This document shows positions 55,240 to 64,000 of a stretch of 64,000 nucleotides of DNA, in pieces. Origin of the DNA: Roseibacillus sp. (GTDB lineage: Bacteria; Verrucomicrobiota; Verrucomicrobiia; Verrucomicrobiales; Akkermansiaceae); the NCBI GenBank assembly GCA_051251855.1, contig JBPOGI010000003.1, positions 541,241-605,240 of the forward strand, given 5' to 3'. The position numbers and the translations under genes are program-made. The notes below the pieces were generated by a model. It worked only from the letters and a program-made list of their open reading frames with translations. It did no database searches and was not told where the DNA came from. How positions within the stretch are numbered: position 1 is the stretch's first letter; every line of letters begins with the position of its first letter.

Positions 55240-56126
55240 CGGGAGACTTTGCGTGAGAATTCGAGGTAGAGGTCTTCGAGCGAGCGTTTGACTTGGCGAA
55301 CTTCGCGCACTTGGGCGCCTTTTTCGACCGCTCGTTTGACGGCGAGGGCGGGGTCGAATTCTTTGGGAAGGACGAGATTGTTGTCGCGCACGGTGCCGCC
55401 AAATTCGTTGGCGAGTTCGTCGCGGAGTTCGGGTGGGGTCACTTCGAAGCAGAGGACAAGATGCTCTTCTTCCAAGTCGGCATTGCCACCTTCGAAGACT
55501 TTTTGTCCTTCTTGTAGGATGACCACGCGGTCGCACATTTGTTCGACCTCGACGAGAAGGTGACTGTTGAAAAGGACGGTCATGCCGCGGTCTTTGCGGA
55601 GGCCGAGGATGAAGTCGCGGAACCATTTGATGCCCTCGGGATCGAGGCCGTCGGTAGGCTCGTCTAACAGAAGGACTTTGGGTTCGGGGAGAAGGGCTTG
55701 CGCAAGAGCGAGACGTTGGCGCATGCCGTGGGAGTAGGTTCCCACTTTAGAGTGAATGCGGTCGTCCATCTCGACGCGGCGGACGACGTCGTCTATGTCG
55801 GCCTTGGAGACGCCGCCGGAGTAGCTGGTGAGGAGCTTGAGGTTTTGGTAACCGCTCAGGTAGTCGTAGAAGCCGGGGCTTTCGAAGATGGCGCCGACGC
55901 GTTTGAGGGCTTCAGCGCGATTTTTTTGAACGGAAATGCCGTCGATTTTGGTTTCGCCAACACTAGGAGCAACCATCCCTAACAGAATGCCAAGGGTGGT
56001 GCTTTTACCGGCACCATTGTGACCAAGGAGGCCGAAGATTTCGCCCTCTTTGACCGAGAAGCTGACGTCTTTGAGAGCAGGTTTTCCTGCGAACTTCTTT
56101 TGCAATCCCTCTATTTCCAGCATCAT
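55236..56126 (-). CDS. ABC transporter ATP-binding protein
   Basis: GHNGAGKST, YSHGMRQRL, LLLDEPT, SH. Confidence 0.95.
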   Translation of the reverse strand: MMLEIEGLQKKFAGKPALKDVSFSVKEGEIFGLLGHNGAGKSTTLGILLGMVAPSVGETKIDGISVQKNRAEALKRVGAIFESPGFYDYLSGYQNLKLLTSYSGGVSKADIDDVVRRVEMDDRIHSKVGTYSHGMRQRLALAQALLPEPKVLLLDEPTDGLDPEGIKWFRDFILGLRKDRGMTVLFNSHLLVEVEQMCDRVVILQEGQKVFEGGNADLEEEHLVLCFEVTPPELRDELANEFGGTVRDNNLVLPKEFDPALAVKRAVEKGAQVREVRQVKRSLEDLYLEFSRKVSR

Positions 56127-56132
56127 CCTCGT

Positions 56133-56663
56133 TTATTTTGCGTGTCCCAAAGCGCCTCCTCCGACGGAAAACTTGACTTCGTCAGCGGTTCGGAAGTCTC
56201 CGTAGAGGAGGTTGGTTCCGTTCTCTTCGCCGTGGAAGTCTTCCTTGTCGCCGACGAGCGGTATTTTGGATGCTTGGTTGCCGCCAAAGAAGTTCATGGC
56301 TTCGCGGGGAGTGTCGCTAACGACATTATTCCAAGCGTAGCTGGAGCCCGACTTTTTAAAGAACTCTTTGTCGGCAGGACAACGAAAGACCTCGGGGTTG
56401 GAGATATATTTGCGCAGCACCGTTTCGAGGACGGGAACATCGGAATTGCGGCTGGAACGCATGGACATGAGGTCTGGTAGGCGCCCATTGTTGTCTTTGC
56501 AGGCTAGGTCGAGGGCAAAGCCAATCTCACGTAGGTTGGATTGGCAGCGCACTTTTTGAGACTTCATGATCACGCCGCGAGTGACTGGAAAGAGAACCGC
56601 TCCCAGCACGGTAATGATGCCGAATACTATCAGCATCTCGGGAAGGGTGAAACCTCGCTTCAC
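56133..56663 (-). CDS. prepilin-type N-terminal cleavage protein (PVC H-X9-DG class)
   Basis: KRG|FTLPEML class III signal; CQSNLREIG, FRCPAD, FHG....NLLYGD. Confidence 0.88.
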   Translation of the reverse strand: MKRGFTLPEMLIVFGIITVLGAVLFPVTRGVIMKSQKVRCQSNLREIGFALDLACKDNNGRLPDLMSMRSSRNSDVPVLETVLRKYISNPEVFRCPADKEFFKKSGSSYAWNNVVSDTPREAMNFFGGNQASKIPLVGDKEDFHGEENGTNLLYGDFRTADEVKFSVGGGALGHAK

Positions 56664-57283
56664 ATGCCACCTCCTTGAAAAGGTTGGCCGCGGATGCCTT
56701 GCATCACTTCGTTGGTCGCTTTGAGGAAAGGGGCGAGTTCCATCTTGGTCTCGGCGCTCGCGTTCTGGAAGTAGGCCTTCATGCCATTTTGCGCGATGCG
56801 TTCCATAATCTCGGGGTCCTTCGAGAGCACGCTTTTCATTCGATCCTCGGTGGTGCCGTCTTCGAGTTCACGAAAACCGCGTTCGATGAAGTCGCGGCGC
56901 GCTTCGGGGGTCAGGGCATCGAGGGCATCGAAGAAGCGGGTAAATGACTCGGCGGTGAGGTCAACGAATTGGCGGCGCTCGCTGGCGGAGAGTTTGTCGA
57001 AGAAGCCTTCGAGAGTGTCGCGGGAGTCTTCTTGGCCAGTAAGGTCGAGCCGATTTACGACGGAGGCTACTTGCTCCATAGCCTCATAACGTTGACGAGT
57101 GGTGTCGTCGTCGGGGAGGTCGCCGAACTTGGAAAAGTCTTCGAGATTGGCTTCGGTGACGAGTTCTTCGATGCGCTCGGGTGTGGCTTGATGAGGAGCG
57201 AGAAGGGCCTTGGCTCCGAAGACGAGCAGCCAGACTGCAACTAAGCCTCCAGCGACCTTTGCGATAAGTGCCCAACGATTCAT
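56660..57283 (-). CDS. membrane-anchored helical hypothetical protein
   Basis: N-terminal TM; FFDKLSASERRQF / LDALTPEARRDF repeats; coupled to the prepilin gene. Confidence 0.8.
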   Translation of the reverse strand: MNRWALIAKVAGGLVAVWLLVFGAKALLAPHQATPERIEELVTEANLEDFSKFGDLPDDDTTRQRYEAMEQVASVVNRLDLTGQEDSRDTLEGFFDKLSASERRQFVDLTAESFTRFFDALDALTPEARRDFIERGFRELEDGTTEDRMKSVLSKDPEIMERIAQNGMKAYFQNASAETKMELAPFLKATNEVMQGIRGQPFQGGGM

Positions 57284-57412
57284 GGGCGCAACTTACCCTG
57301 ATCCGGTGACCGCGCAACTGGTGAAATGAAGGGTTGTTTGGAATGGTTTGGTAGGAGGGCCGTTTGGTGAAGGAAGGGATGATTGATGAGAGTGAGAAGA
57401 GTGGTGGCACTT

Positions 57413-57435
57413 TGACGGCTGCAGCCGTCACTCCG
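57413..57435 (-). repeat. GGAG-type REP-like palindrome
   Basis: Minus strand CGGAGTGACGGCTGCAGCCGTCA, related to the 7074-7160 pair. Confidence 0.55.
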
Positions 57436-57671
57436 TACTGACTATTTGGGCTGATGCGTTCTCAAAGTTGCACCTTATTCTGAGAATTCTGGAAGTCTCG
57501 ATCGAGCGATAATTAGGGTTAAATTATTATTAACGTGATATCAGATTTTTCATAAGGTCTTCATCCTTAATTTTTTAAAAAGAGACGATTCTCAAGGTCT
57601 GGAGACCATTCAGGTCTAAAAAATTCATCCGATTGACCCCTCACAATCAACCTGTTGTGACTGGTGGCGTC

Positions 57672-58097
57672 ATGAAGACCACCCTTACTGTTCTGTTCAC
57701 CAGTTTGATCGCTCTCGCCTCTGTGGCTCAGGGAGATACCTACCGCACCCTTAATGGATACCAAGATTCGGTCCAAATCCCCGCCGGGCAAACCGCTTTT
57801 GTGGTGAGCGCGACTTCGCGTGTTGTCTTGGGAGTGGAAAGCTCTGGTAAGAGAGAGCTGCAATATCGTTTCGCCGATGCGCAAAAGAGCTGCCGTTGCG
57901 AGTCGAGTTATTCAACCTATCGCAATCGCAGTCAGAACCTTTTTCCGACTCCGAGTGTGAATAGCCCGGTGCCGATTGCTGGACCTGCCAAGCTGGTTCT
58001 GCGCTCCAGCGGAATGCTTACTATCTCGATGCCTCAGACTGTTCGTCGTGCTTCGACGAGTTCGTCGACATCCGTTCGTCGTTTCGCGAAGAACTAG
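57672..58097 (+). CDS. secreted hypothetical protein
   Basis: Signal peptide from ATG 57672; PIAGPAKL; downstream terminator. Confidence 0.75.
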   Translation: MKTTLTVLFTSLIALASVAQGDTYRTLNGYQDSVQIPAGQTAFVVSATSRVVLGVESSGKRELQYRFADAQKSCRCESSYSTYRNRSQNLFPTPSVNSPVPIAGPAKLVLRSSGMLTISMPQTVRRASTSSSTSVRRFAKN

Positions 58098-58157
58098 GTC
58101 TTAATGTGGCGGCGGTTTTTTATGGCCGTTGAATTCTGTCGCAGAGTTTATTTTTTT

Positions 58158-58184
58158 AGGCGCCGAAAGGCGCCTTTCTCTTTT
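58158..58184 (+). terminator. intrinsic terminator
   Basis: AGGCGCC-GAAA-GGCGCCT-TTCTCTTTT. Confidence 0.7.
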
Positions 58185-58250
58185 GAAGGCATCCTCGCTT
58201 AAGGGTTGCGCTTTGGACAAAAGGCAGGAACGGTCTCGCTCGTTCTTGTA

Positions 58251-59834
58251 ATGAATTTCAGTCGCTTACTTGCGGGTCGCTACCTCAATCCCGCCCGCTC
58301 TCATATTTCTGCTATCACGCTCATTTCTCTCGTAGGTGTGATGCTGGGGGTGGCGGTTTTGATCGTGGTGCTTTCGGTTCATGCTGGGTTTGAGCGAGAG
58401 GTCAAAAAGCTTCTGCTGGGATTTGCGCCTCATGTCGCCGTCCAAGAAGCCGATGGCTTTGTCGAGGATTGGCAGGGATTGAAGGAGCGTCTCGAAAAAG
58501 TGGAGGGGGTGGCAGGGAGCTACGCCCTGATTCAGGATATCGTCCTAGTCGATGCGCCGGGTTATCGTAAGCCAGTTGGCTTTCGAGCGATTGATACAGA
58601 GGACGAGGGGCAGATCGAGGCCTTGGAACAGTTGTTAGACAAAAAGGGCTATCCGGATAGTCGAGCTGACCTCGGGCTTGATGAATACGCAGTAATTTCG
58701 CGACAGCTGGCACATGAGCTCTACCTGTCTGTAGGAGACACTCTTGAGGTCTACGCCTCGCGGAATTTTGATGTCGTTAAGGATGCCTTCGAGCGCACCA
58801 ATATGGATCCTCTTCAGCTTCGTATGCCTGGGGAATTGGCTCGTCTGCGGACGATCGCAGTTGCTGGGAAAGAACGGGATGAGATCCCGCAGGCAGAGTT
58901 GCAACAATTCTATCAAGAGGTTGATTCTCTTATCGCTCAAGACGCACGCGAAGCCGAGGTTGAGTTTATCAATCGGGCATTGATGGCCTTGGGGTCAGTG
59001 GATCGCAATGAGGCTGGTGATGGCTATCCGGTCCCAGCGAAGGTCTGGCAAGAGGTGGATGATTCCCTTGCGGCGATTGAAACGTTGGATGCCGAAGCCG
59101 CTGATATGGTCACCTTGAAAAATTTGCGCGAAATTGTGCTTCCGAAGCAGTTGAAGGTATGGGGGGTATATGGGGATTCCCAGCGAACTCCCGGTCCTCA
59201 AATGTTTATTCCCTTGCCTATCGGGCAGGAGTTGAGGGGGCTAACGAGCGGGGTTCAAGCGGTGGCAGTGAGGCTGGAAGATCCGTATCTATCAGGTCAA
59301 GCGGTGGTGGATATTAAGGCTGATTTGGGGCCAGACTATTCGGTGGTCCCGTGGACAAAAACCCATGAAGTTCAGTTCTCTCTCATGCGGTTAGAGAAAG
59401 TGATGTTGACTCTGTCGATGTCACTCATCGGAATCATCTCCAGCTTTTCCATCATGGCGGTGATGTATACTTTTGCGATTCAGAAGAAGCAGGAAATCGG
59501 AGTGATGAAGGCTTTGGGGGCGAGCCGGAATCAGATTTCTTGGGTCTTTATCTACCAGGGTTTGGTTGTGGGATTTTTTGGGGCTGTAGGTGGCGTTCTA
59601 TTGGCTCTGCTCATTCTGTGGCAGCGTGAGAAGGTGCAGATTGTGATCGGTTTTTTTGGTTATCAGCCTTTTAAGGAGGAGTTTCATGGAACGAGTGAAA
59701 TTCCAGTGACTTACCTTCCGGGATTTATGGTGGGAGTGGCGATTTCCGCTTGGATTCTCTGTGGATTGGCGGCTCTTCTTCCCGCGCTCAAGGCTTCCAA
59801 AAATGATGCTGCGAAGTCGCTACGGAATCTTTAG
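58251..59834 (+). CDS. LolC/LolE-type (MacB/FtsX family) lipoprotein-releasing permease with an enlarged periplasmic domain
   Basis: RYL...ISLVGVMLGVAVLIVVLSV..GF, EK, QKKQEIGVMKALGAS, PALKAS. Confidence 0.85.
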   Translation: MNFSRLLAGRYLNPARSHISAITLISLVGVMLGVAVLIVVLSVHAGFEREVKKLLLGFAPHVAVQEADGFVEDWQGLKERLEKVEGVAGSYALIQDIVLVDAPGYRKPVGFRAIDTEDEGQIEALEQLLDKKGYPDSRADLGLDEYAVISRQLAHELYLSVGDTLEVYASRNFDVVKDAFERTNMDPLQLRMPGELARLRTIAVAGKERDEIPQAELQQFYQEVDSLIAQDAREAEVEFINRALMALGSVDRNEAGDGYPVPAKVWQEVDDSLAAIETLDAEAADMVTLKNLREIVLPKQLKVWGVYGDSQRTPGPQMFIPLPIGQELRGLTSGVQAVAVRLEDPYLSGQAVVDIKADLGPDYSVVPWTKTHEVQFSLMRLEKVMLTLSMSLIGIISSFSIMAVMYTFAIQKKQEIGVMKALGASRNQISWVFIYQGLVVGFFGAVGGVLLALLILWQREKVQIVIGFFGYQPFKEEFHGTSEIPVTYLPGFMVGVAISAWILCGLAALLPALKASKNDAAKSLRNL

Positions 59835-59849
59835 TAGCAAATTATAACG

Positions 59850-60689
59850 ATGGAATTTTGGGTTGTCAGAGAAGGTGAAAAAGAAGGGCCGATGCTCGAC
59901 TTTGACCTGCGTTCGCGCATTCGTGAAGGTGAAGTCACCGCAGAGCAGAAGATTTGGTATTCCGATTTGGAGGAGTGGACTCCCATTGGTGAGGTCGAGT
60001 TGTTTGTGAATGAGTTCGTGGTCACGACGGTCACGGAGGAAAATGTGGAGGGTTATCTTTCGAAGCTCGATGAGGAGGAACGGGCGATGGCAAAGCCGCC
60101 ACCAATTCCAACGGAACTTCATATTTGGCGACGATTTGGGGCGAGATGGTTCGACTACTTGGCCTACATGGCAGTGTTCTTTACCTTGGTATCGGTCATG
60201 AATCTCGATTTGATTGGGCTGCAACAGAAGGCGCTCTTTCCGTTCGTTCTCGTCTTGCCGTGGATTTTCTTGGAAGCTGCCTCATTGCATTTTTGGGGGA
60301 CGACCCCTGGTAAATGGTTGTCGGGTCTGAAGGTTAGGGGACCCGATCAGCAGAGATTGAGTGCAGGAGCTTCGATGTTGCGAACGATGCGCGTGATGAT
60401 CTTAGGGATGGGCTTTGCTCAGCCGATTTTGCGGGAAATTTGTCAGGCCTTAGCATTTTGGTTTGCGACCAAGAAGAAGGTCGTGCTTTGGGATACGCCA
60501 GTGGGCACCCGTTTGGAGCGAATTAAGGATGTGCCGCAAAAGTGGGTGGCCTTTGGGGTAGGGATGGCAATTTTTTTGATGATCATCATGGCGGCAGCCT
60601 ATCAGATCGGGCTTTCGCAAATGAGTCCTGAAGATCTCAAGGAGATGGAAGAGAAGATTGAGCGAATTTTGATGCCTCAGGCGAAGTAG
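59850..60689 (+). CDS. GYF_2 + RDD domain membrane protein
   Basis: KEGP...IW..DLEEWTP; WRRFGARWFD, GTTPGKWL.GLKV. Confidence 0.88.
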   Translation: MEFWVVREGEKEGPMLDFDLRSRIREGEVTAEQKIWYSDLEEWTPIGEVELFVNEFVVTTVTEENVEGYLSKLDEEERAMAKPPPIPTELHIWRRFGARWFDYLAYMAVFFTLVSVMNLDLIGLQQKALFPFVLVLPWIFLEAASLHFWGTTPGKWLSGLKVRGPDQQRLSAGASMLRTMRVMILGMGFAQPILREICQALAFWFATKKKVVLWDTPVGTRLERIKDVPQKWVAFGVGMAIFLMIIMAAAYQIGLSQMSPEDLKEMEEKIERILMPQAK

Positions 60690-60762
60690 TTCGGCTTTTT
60701 TTGCCAAACCAAGCCACAGAGGTGGCTTGCCAGCAGGGCCCGTTATCGCCCAGCCTTACTGT

Positions 60763-61323
60763 GTGCGCGATATCGTCTATTTCGACCTCGAAACCCAGCG
60801 AAGCTTCAACGACGTGAAGAGTGATAAGTCGAAGATGGGGGTCTCGGTTGCGGTGACCTATTCGACGAAGGCGGGGAAGTACTTTATCTACGGCGAGGAT
60901 GAGATGGATGCCTTGGTGGATCAGTTGCGGAAAGCGGACCTAGTGGTTGGGCACAATCACCTCGATTTCGACTATCCGGTATTGCAAAAATATACCGTCC
61001 TCGAGCTCAAGGAGCAGACTGTAAATTTGGATACCATGGTCGATTTAGCTGGAATCACTGGTCGCCGTTGGAAGTTGGATGCTGTGGCATCAGGGTCATT
61101 GGGGATAGGCAAGAGTGCCTCTGGGGTTGACGCTTTGAAGTGGTGGCAAGAGTATCTCAAGACGGGCGACAACAAGCCCCTAATTGATATCGCTGAATAC
61201 TGCGCGGTCGACGTGAAGGTGACTAAGTGTGTCTACGAATACGGTGTCAAGTATGGCCACGTAAAGATTGATGATGGTTCGGCTGTTCCTGTGGAGGTTG
61301 AGGTCAATTGGGCGGGAGAGTAG
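60763..61323 (+). CDS. stand-alone RNase H-like/DEDD exonuclease domain protein (YprB-like)
   Basis: FDLETQ, VVGHN..FDYP.L, KLD.VA, YC..DV; GTG 60763 likely start (ORF open from 60727). Confidence 0.82.
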   Translation: MRDIVYFDLETQRSFNDVKSDKSKMGVSVAVTYSTKAGKYFIYGEDEMDALVDQLRKADLVVGHNHLDFDYPVLQKYTVLELKEQTVNLDTMVDLAGITGRRWKLDAVASGSLGIGKSASGVDALKWWQEYLKTGDNKPLIDIAEYCAVDVKVTKCVYEYGVKYGHVKIDDGSAVPVEVEVNWAGE

Positions 61324-61366
61324 CCAGAGTGCGAGGAGGCCGTGAGCCCTTGAGATGGTCTTGGGG

Positions 61367-62374
61367 TTACTCTTGGGGAGCTGGGACTCGTCGCACGCGA
61401 GGTAAACGTGGCTGGGGAGTGCTTGGCTTCGTCTTTGTTGGGGGCGAATGAGGGACGCGAGGTGTGGTGACCTGAGGTTTTTTTGGGGGGGCTTTCTTTT
61501 GAGGCGGAGCTGGGGCCAGTTCAGGGTCAAGAGGAACGGTTTTGATTTTGTATCTGGGGTCTAGCTCGGCAACTGCTTTCTCAAGACCTTTGAAAAGAAG
61601 GGGATTTGAGTAGAAGGGGCCGCTCCCGGAGCCACCGCCGGTGTGGGTTTCTATGAGGACGAGTTCGCCCCCTATTAACAAAAAGCTGGGATGGCCCGAG
61701 TCTCCTTTGATGAGATTTTTGTAGAGGCTTTGCGGAACATGCTCATTCTTTCCAAAGGAAACTGACTTCATGAATTGGCGTCTCACTTTGTGGATAAAGG
61801 CACGTCGTCCTTGCTCTGTAATAATCACTGGGTTGCCGACTAAGGCATGGCCATAGTCCGATCTTGGAGGAAGGAGGCGGTAGGTCTTAATTGAAGGAGG
61901 AAGTGGTCGGTCCAATAGTGCAACCGCGATATCGCTGCGATGTTCTTCTGCTACCTGTTTACCTCTGAAGGAGATGACTTTTTCAATCTTACGGCTGTGC
62001 ACTGCTCCACTACGATCGTGAAAAGTGATCGTTCTGCCGGTTTTTAGAAGGTAGTGAGCAGCAAAGACGATGTGTCGTGGAGTAATGGCAGTTCCTGCTT
62101 GGCGATGGGTCCAAGAAACCCCCGTGAAATCTAATCGTCTTGTCCAACCGCTGTTCCACTGGGAGGTTGTTTTGGGGCGGTAGGCAGTGAAGAGGGAGTT
62201 GTTCTGAAGGTCCGTTTGGTTGGCAAGAATACTCAGGCGTTGCTGAGCATCGTTTGCAAGTTCGGCTGTTTTCAGGGCTTTTGTTGCGGGTGGTCCTAGT
62301 GTGACCTGTTCCCCTTGAGGATTACATGAACTCAAGAGTCCTGAAAAAATGAGAAAAGCGATTGGGAGGCGCAT
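61367..62374 (-). CDS. trypsin-like serine protease lipoprotein with a Pro/Lys-rich tail
   Basis: Lipobox LLSSC; AAHY, SDIAV, GDSG triad motifs. Confidence 0.8.
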   Translation of the reverse strand: MRLPIAFLIFSGLLSSCNPQGEQVTLGPPATKALKTAELANDAQQRLSILANQTDLQNNSLFTAYRPKTTSQWNSGWTRRLDFTGVSWTHRQAGTAITPRHIVFAAHYLLKTGRTITFHDRSGAVHSRKIEKVISFRGKQVAEEHRSDIAVALLDRPLPPSIKTYRLLPPRSDYGHALVGNPVIITEQGRRAFIHKVRRQFMKSVSFGKNEHVPQSLYKNLIKGDSGHPSFLLIGGELVLIETHTGGGSGSGPFYSNPLLFKGLEKAVAELDPRYKIKTVPLDPELAPAPPQKKAPPKKPQVTTPRVPHSPPTKTKPSTPQPRLPRVRRVPAPQE

Positions 62375-62389
62375 AGGAGTAAACTAGCC

Positions 62390-63673
62390 TTATTTGCCGA
62401 TTTTCGCGAGAGCTTCCATCGTTCGTGCGGTTGCTCCACGATGGGCCTCGAGGGCTCGTAGGGCCTGTTCGATTTGTTTCTCCCGCTTTGTAGAGTTGCT
62501 CACAAGCAATGACAGAGCCTTCGCGAGTTCTTCCTCGCTGTGAACCGTCCTGAGCCCGCCGCAGTCTACGAGTTGGGTGGTCAGAGGTTCAAAGTTGCTC
62601 ATGGATGGACCCGCTAATATAGCGACTCTGGCTGCGATGGCCTCGCAGGGATTTTGGCCCCCTTCTGCAGTAAGTGTTTTACCAATGAAAGCCACTTGAG
62701 CGTGTTTGGTGAAGGTGGGCATTTCGCCCGTCGAATCAACTACGAGAACTTTAGTAGCAGAGGAAGCTAGAGAGGGGAAAGTGTTGGAAGAGCGAAGAAT
62801 GACCTCGAAGTTGTTTCGAGAAAGTTCCTGTGAAATTTCTTCACGACGTTCCATATGGCGAGGGATGATGACAATACGAGCGCCGGGGATTCCAGCAGCA
62901 GCTTTGGCAAAGAGAAGTTCTTCTCCTTCGTGGGTCGAGAGCGCCATGAGAATGGGACCATTGCCTAAAGAGGAAAGAAGGGTGGACGGGTCGAACGCGG
63001 TCGTTGCTGGGGTCTCTGCCGCTGGGTCGAATTTCACTGAACCAATGATGTGGAGCGCTTCCTCAGGAATGCCAATGTTGATAAGTCGAGGTTTATCTTC
63101 ATTGGTTTGTGCTCCTACCCAAGAGAGTTTCCGATACATGCCGCCAAGCAAAGGTCGAAGCTTCATAAGTCGTCTCCCAGACCGTTGCGAAAGGCGTGCA
63201 TTGGCGAGGGTCACTGGGACACCTTGTTTCTGGGCGATGTGCATCATGTTTGGCCAGACTTCGTGTTCGATAAGGACGATCAAGCAAGGACGATAGCGGG
63301 CAAAGAGCTCGTTAATGAATATCGGAAAATCTAGGGGGGCATACATGACCTCTGTTCGCGGCGGAGGAGCCTTGCTCGCAAGATCGAAGCCTGTCGAGGT
63401 GCTCACCGCCAGGAGGAAGCGCTCTTCGGGATGTCGTTCAGACCAGAGAGTGATGAGTTTGCGAGCGATATTGGCTTCACCAACACTGACGGCGTGAAGG
63501 TAGATGGGTTGCTTACGCTTAGCTGTTTCATCCGGACTGTCTGCATCGTAGCGGGCGATTTTTTCCAGAATTCGGGTCGAGAGGCCTCCTCGTTTGTGGG
63601 TCCTAAGAAGCCAAAATGGAGTGGCCACCATGGCTACGGGAGGGAGGAGGAAGTTGTAAAGCAATCGGAACAC
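62390..63673 (-). CDS. waaA: 3-deoxy-D-manno-octulosonic acid (Kdo) transferase
   Basis: HAVSVGE, YAPLD, E.EVWPN, NARLS, KFD, STHEGEE, IPRH.ER, DSTGE, GGQNPCE. Confidence 0.95.
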   Translation of the reverse strand: MFRLLYNFLLPPVAMVATPFWLLRTHKRGGLSTRILEKIARYDADSPDETAKRKQPIYLHAVSVGEANIARKLITLWSERHPEERFLLAVSTSTGFDLASKAPPPRTEVMYAPLDFPIFINELFARYRPCLIVLIEHEVWPNMMHIAQKQGVPVTLANARLSQRSGRRLMKLRPLLGGMYRKLSWVGAQTNEDKPRLINIGIPEEALHIIGSVKFDPAAETPATTAFDPSTLLSSLGNGPILMALSTHEGEELLFAKAAAGIPGARIVIIPRHMERREEISQELSRNNFEVILRSSNTFPSLASSATKVLVVDSTGEMPTFTKHAQVAFIGKTLTAEGGQNPCEAIAARVAILAGPSMSNFEPLTTQLVDCGGLRTVHSEEELAKALSLLVSNSTKREKQIEQALRALEAHRGATARTMEALAKIGK

Positions 63674-63855
63674 GGTCGTCTGGCTGAGAGCTTGCCTAAT
63701 TCCATGAAATTTTCGAGTGGTGATTTGGACACGCTGGGTGAACCGGCTTTAAGGAAAAGACTGCTACTAAGGGGCTTGTTGGGAGTGTGGAACGACTCCC
63801 GAATTCCGTTCCTCAAAGAGCTGTCAAAATAAGTCAGAAATAACCCCGAAAGAGA

Positions 63856-63985
63856 TTGACGCATCGTGGTCTCGTGACTAGGTTCCCGCCCCGCCGCGAG
63901 ATGTGGCCCACGAGAAACCAACTAAGCCGGTTACGACCAGAGTGTCCGACCGGCTAATTAGTCTCCGTGTGAATGTTCCTTTACA
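63856..63985 (+). promoter_or_regulatory. probable stable-RNA (rrn) promoter and leader
   Basis: TTGACG(63856)-N17-TAGGTT(63879), GC-rich discriminator CCCGCCCCGCC, boxA-like TGTTCCTTTACA (63974-63985). Confidence 0.55.
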
Positions 63986-64000
63986 GTGCGAATTTTTAGA

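Noticed and set aside
22530..55626. N-terminal extensions in the ORF track (e.g. starts 23423, 36057, 40750, 49613, 55626)
   Set aside because: They overlap neighbouring genes or lack protein-like composition; downstream ATGs give signal peptides, family-typical N-termini or translational coupling
57649..57671. ECF-sigma-like AAC-N16-CGTC upstream of the 57672 gene
   Set aside because: The -10 element abuts the ATG, so transcription would start inside the coding sequence
1..64000. tRNA/rRNA genes, known riboswitches, transposases, defence systems
   Set aside because: None recognised by eye; tRNAscan-SE, Rfam and DefenseFinder runs would be needed to exclude them

Overview
Chromosomal window from a Verrucomicrobiales-like bacterium. 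The taxon is inferred from PEP-CTERM proteins, an H-X9-DG-type prepilin, DSDGDG-repeat secreted proteins and a long-form IspG. Most of the window is housekeeping and envelope genes: rsmD, a UDP-glucuronate decarboxylase, ispG, clpS, lpxA, mscL, lysS, tex, tal, a LolC/E-type permease and waaA. Two accessory regions stand out. (1) A ~13.6 kb sulfide/persulfide island at 37431-51031. One divergent promoter drives PDO-rhodanese/SQR/TauE to the right. To the left it drives a DUF3365 heme lipoprotein, CoA-persulfide reductase, peroxiredoxin and a compact cbb3 oxidase set (ccoS-N-O-P-like-I). Three copies of a TATTC-N8-(G/T)AATA operator sit at the island's promoters, including that of an ArsR repressor with atypical cysteines. 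(2) An orphan phage-tail-collar gene in an apparent operon with a Tat substrate, a degenerate zincin-like protein and a 1202-aa multidomain surface protein, bordered by a 285-bp MITE. Also seen: a blaI/blaR1-type pair split by a secreted-protein gene, a candidate leader-peptide attenuator upstream of an EamA exporter, REP-like palindromes, a frameshifted gene remnant and a probable rRNA-operon promoter at the right edge. No CRISPR array, tRNA, transposase or prophage was recognised. All family calls come from motif recognition by eye; no database searches were run.
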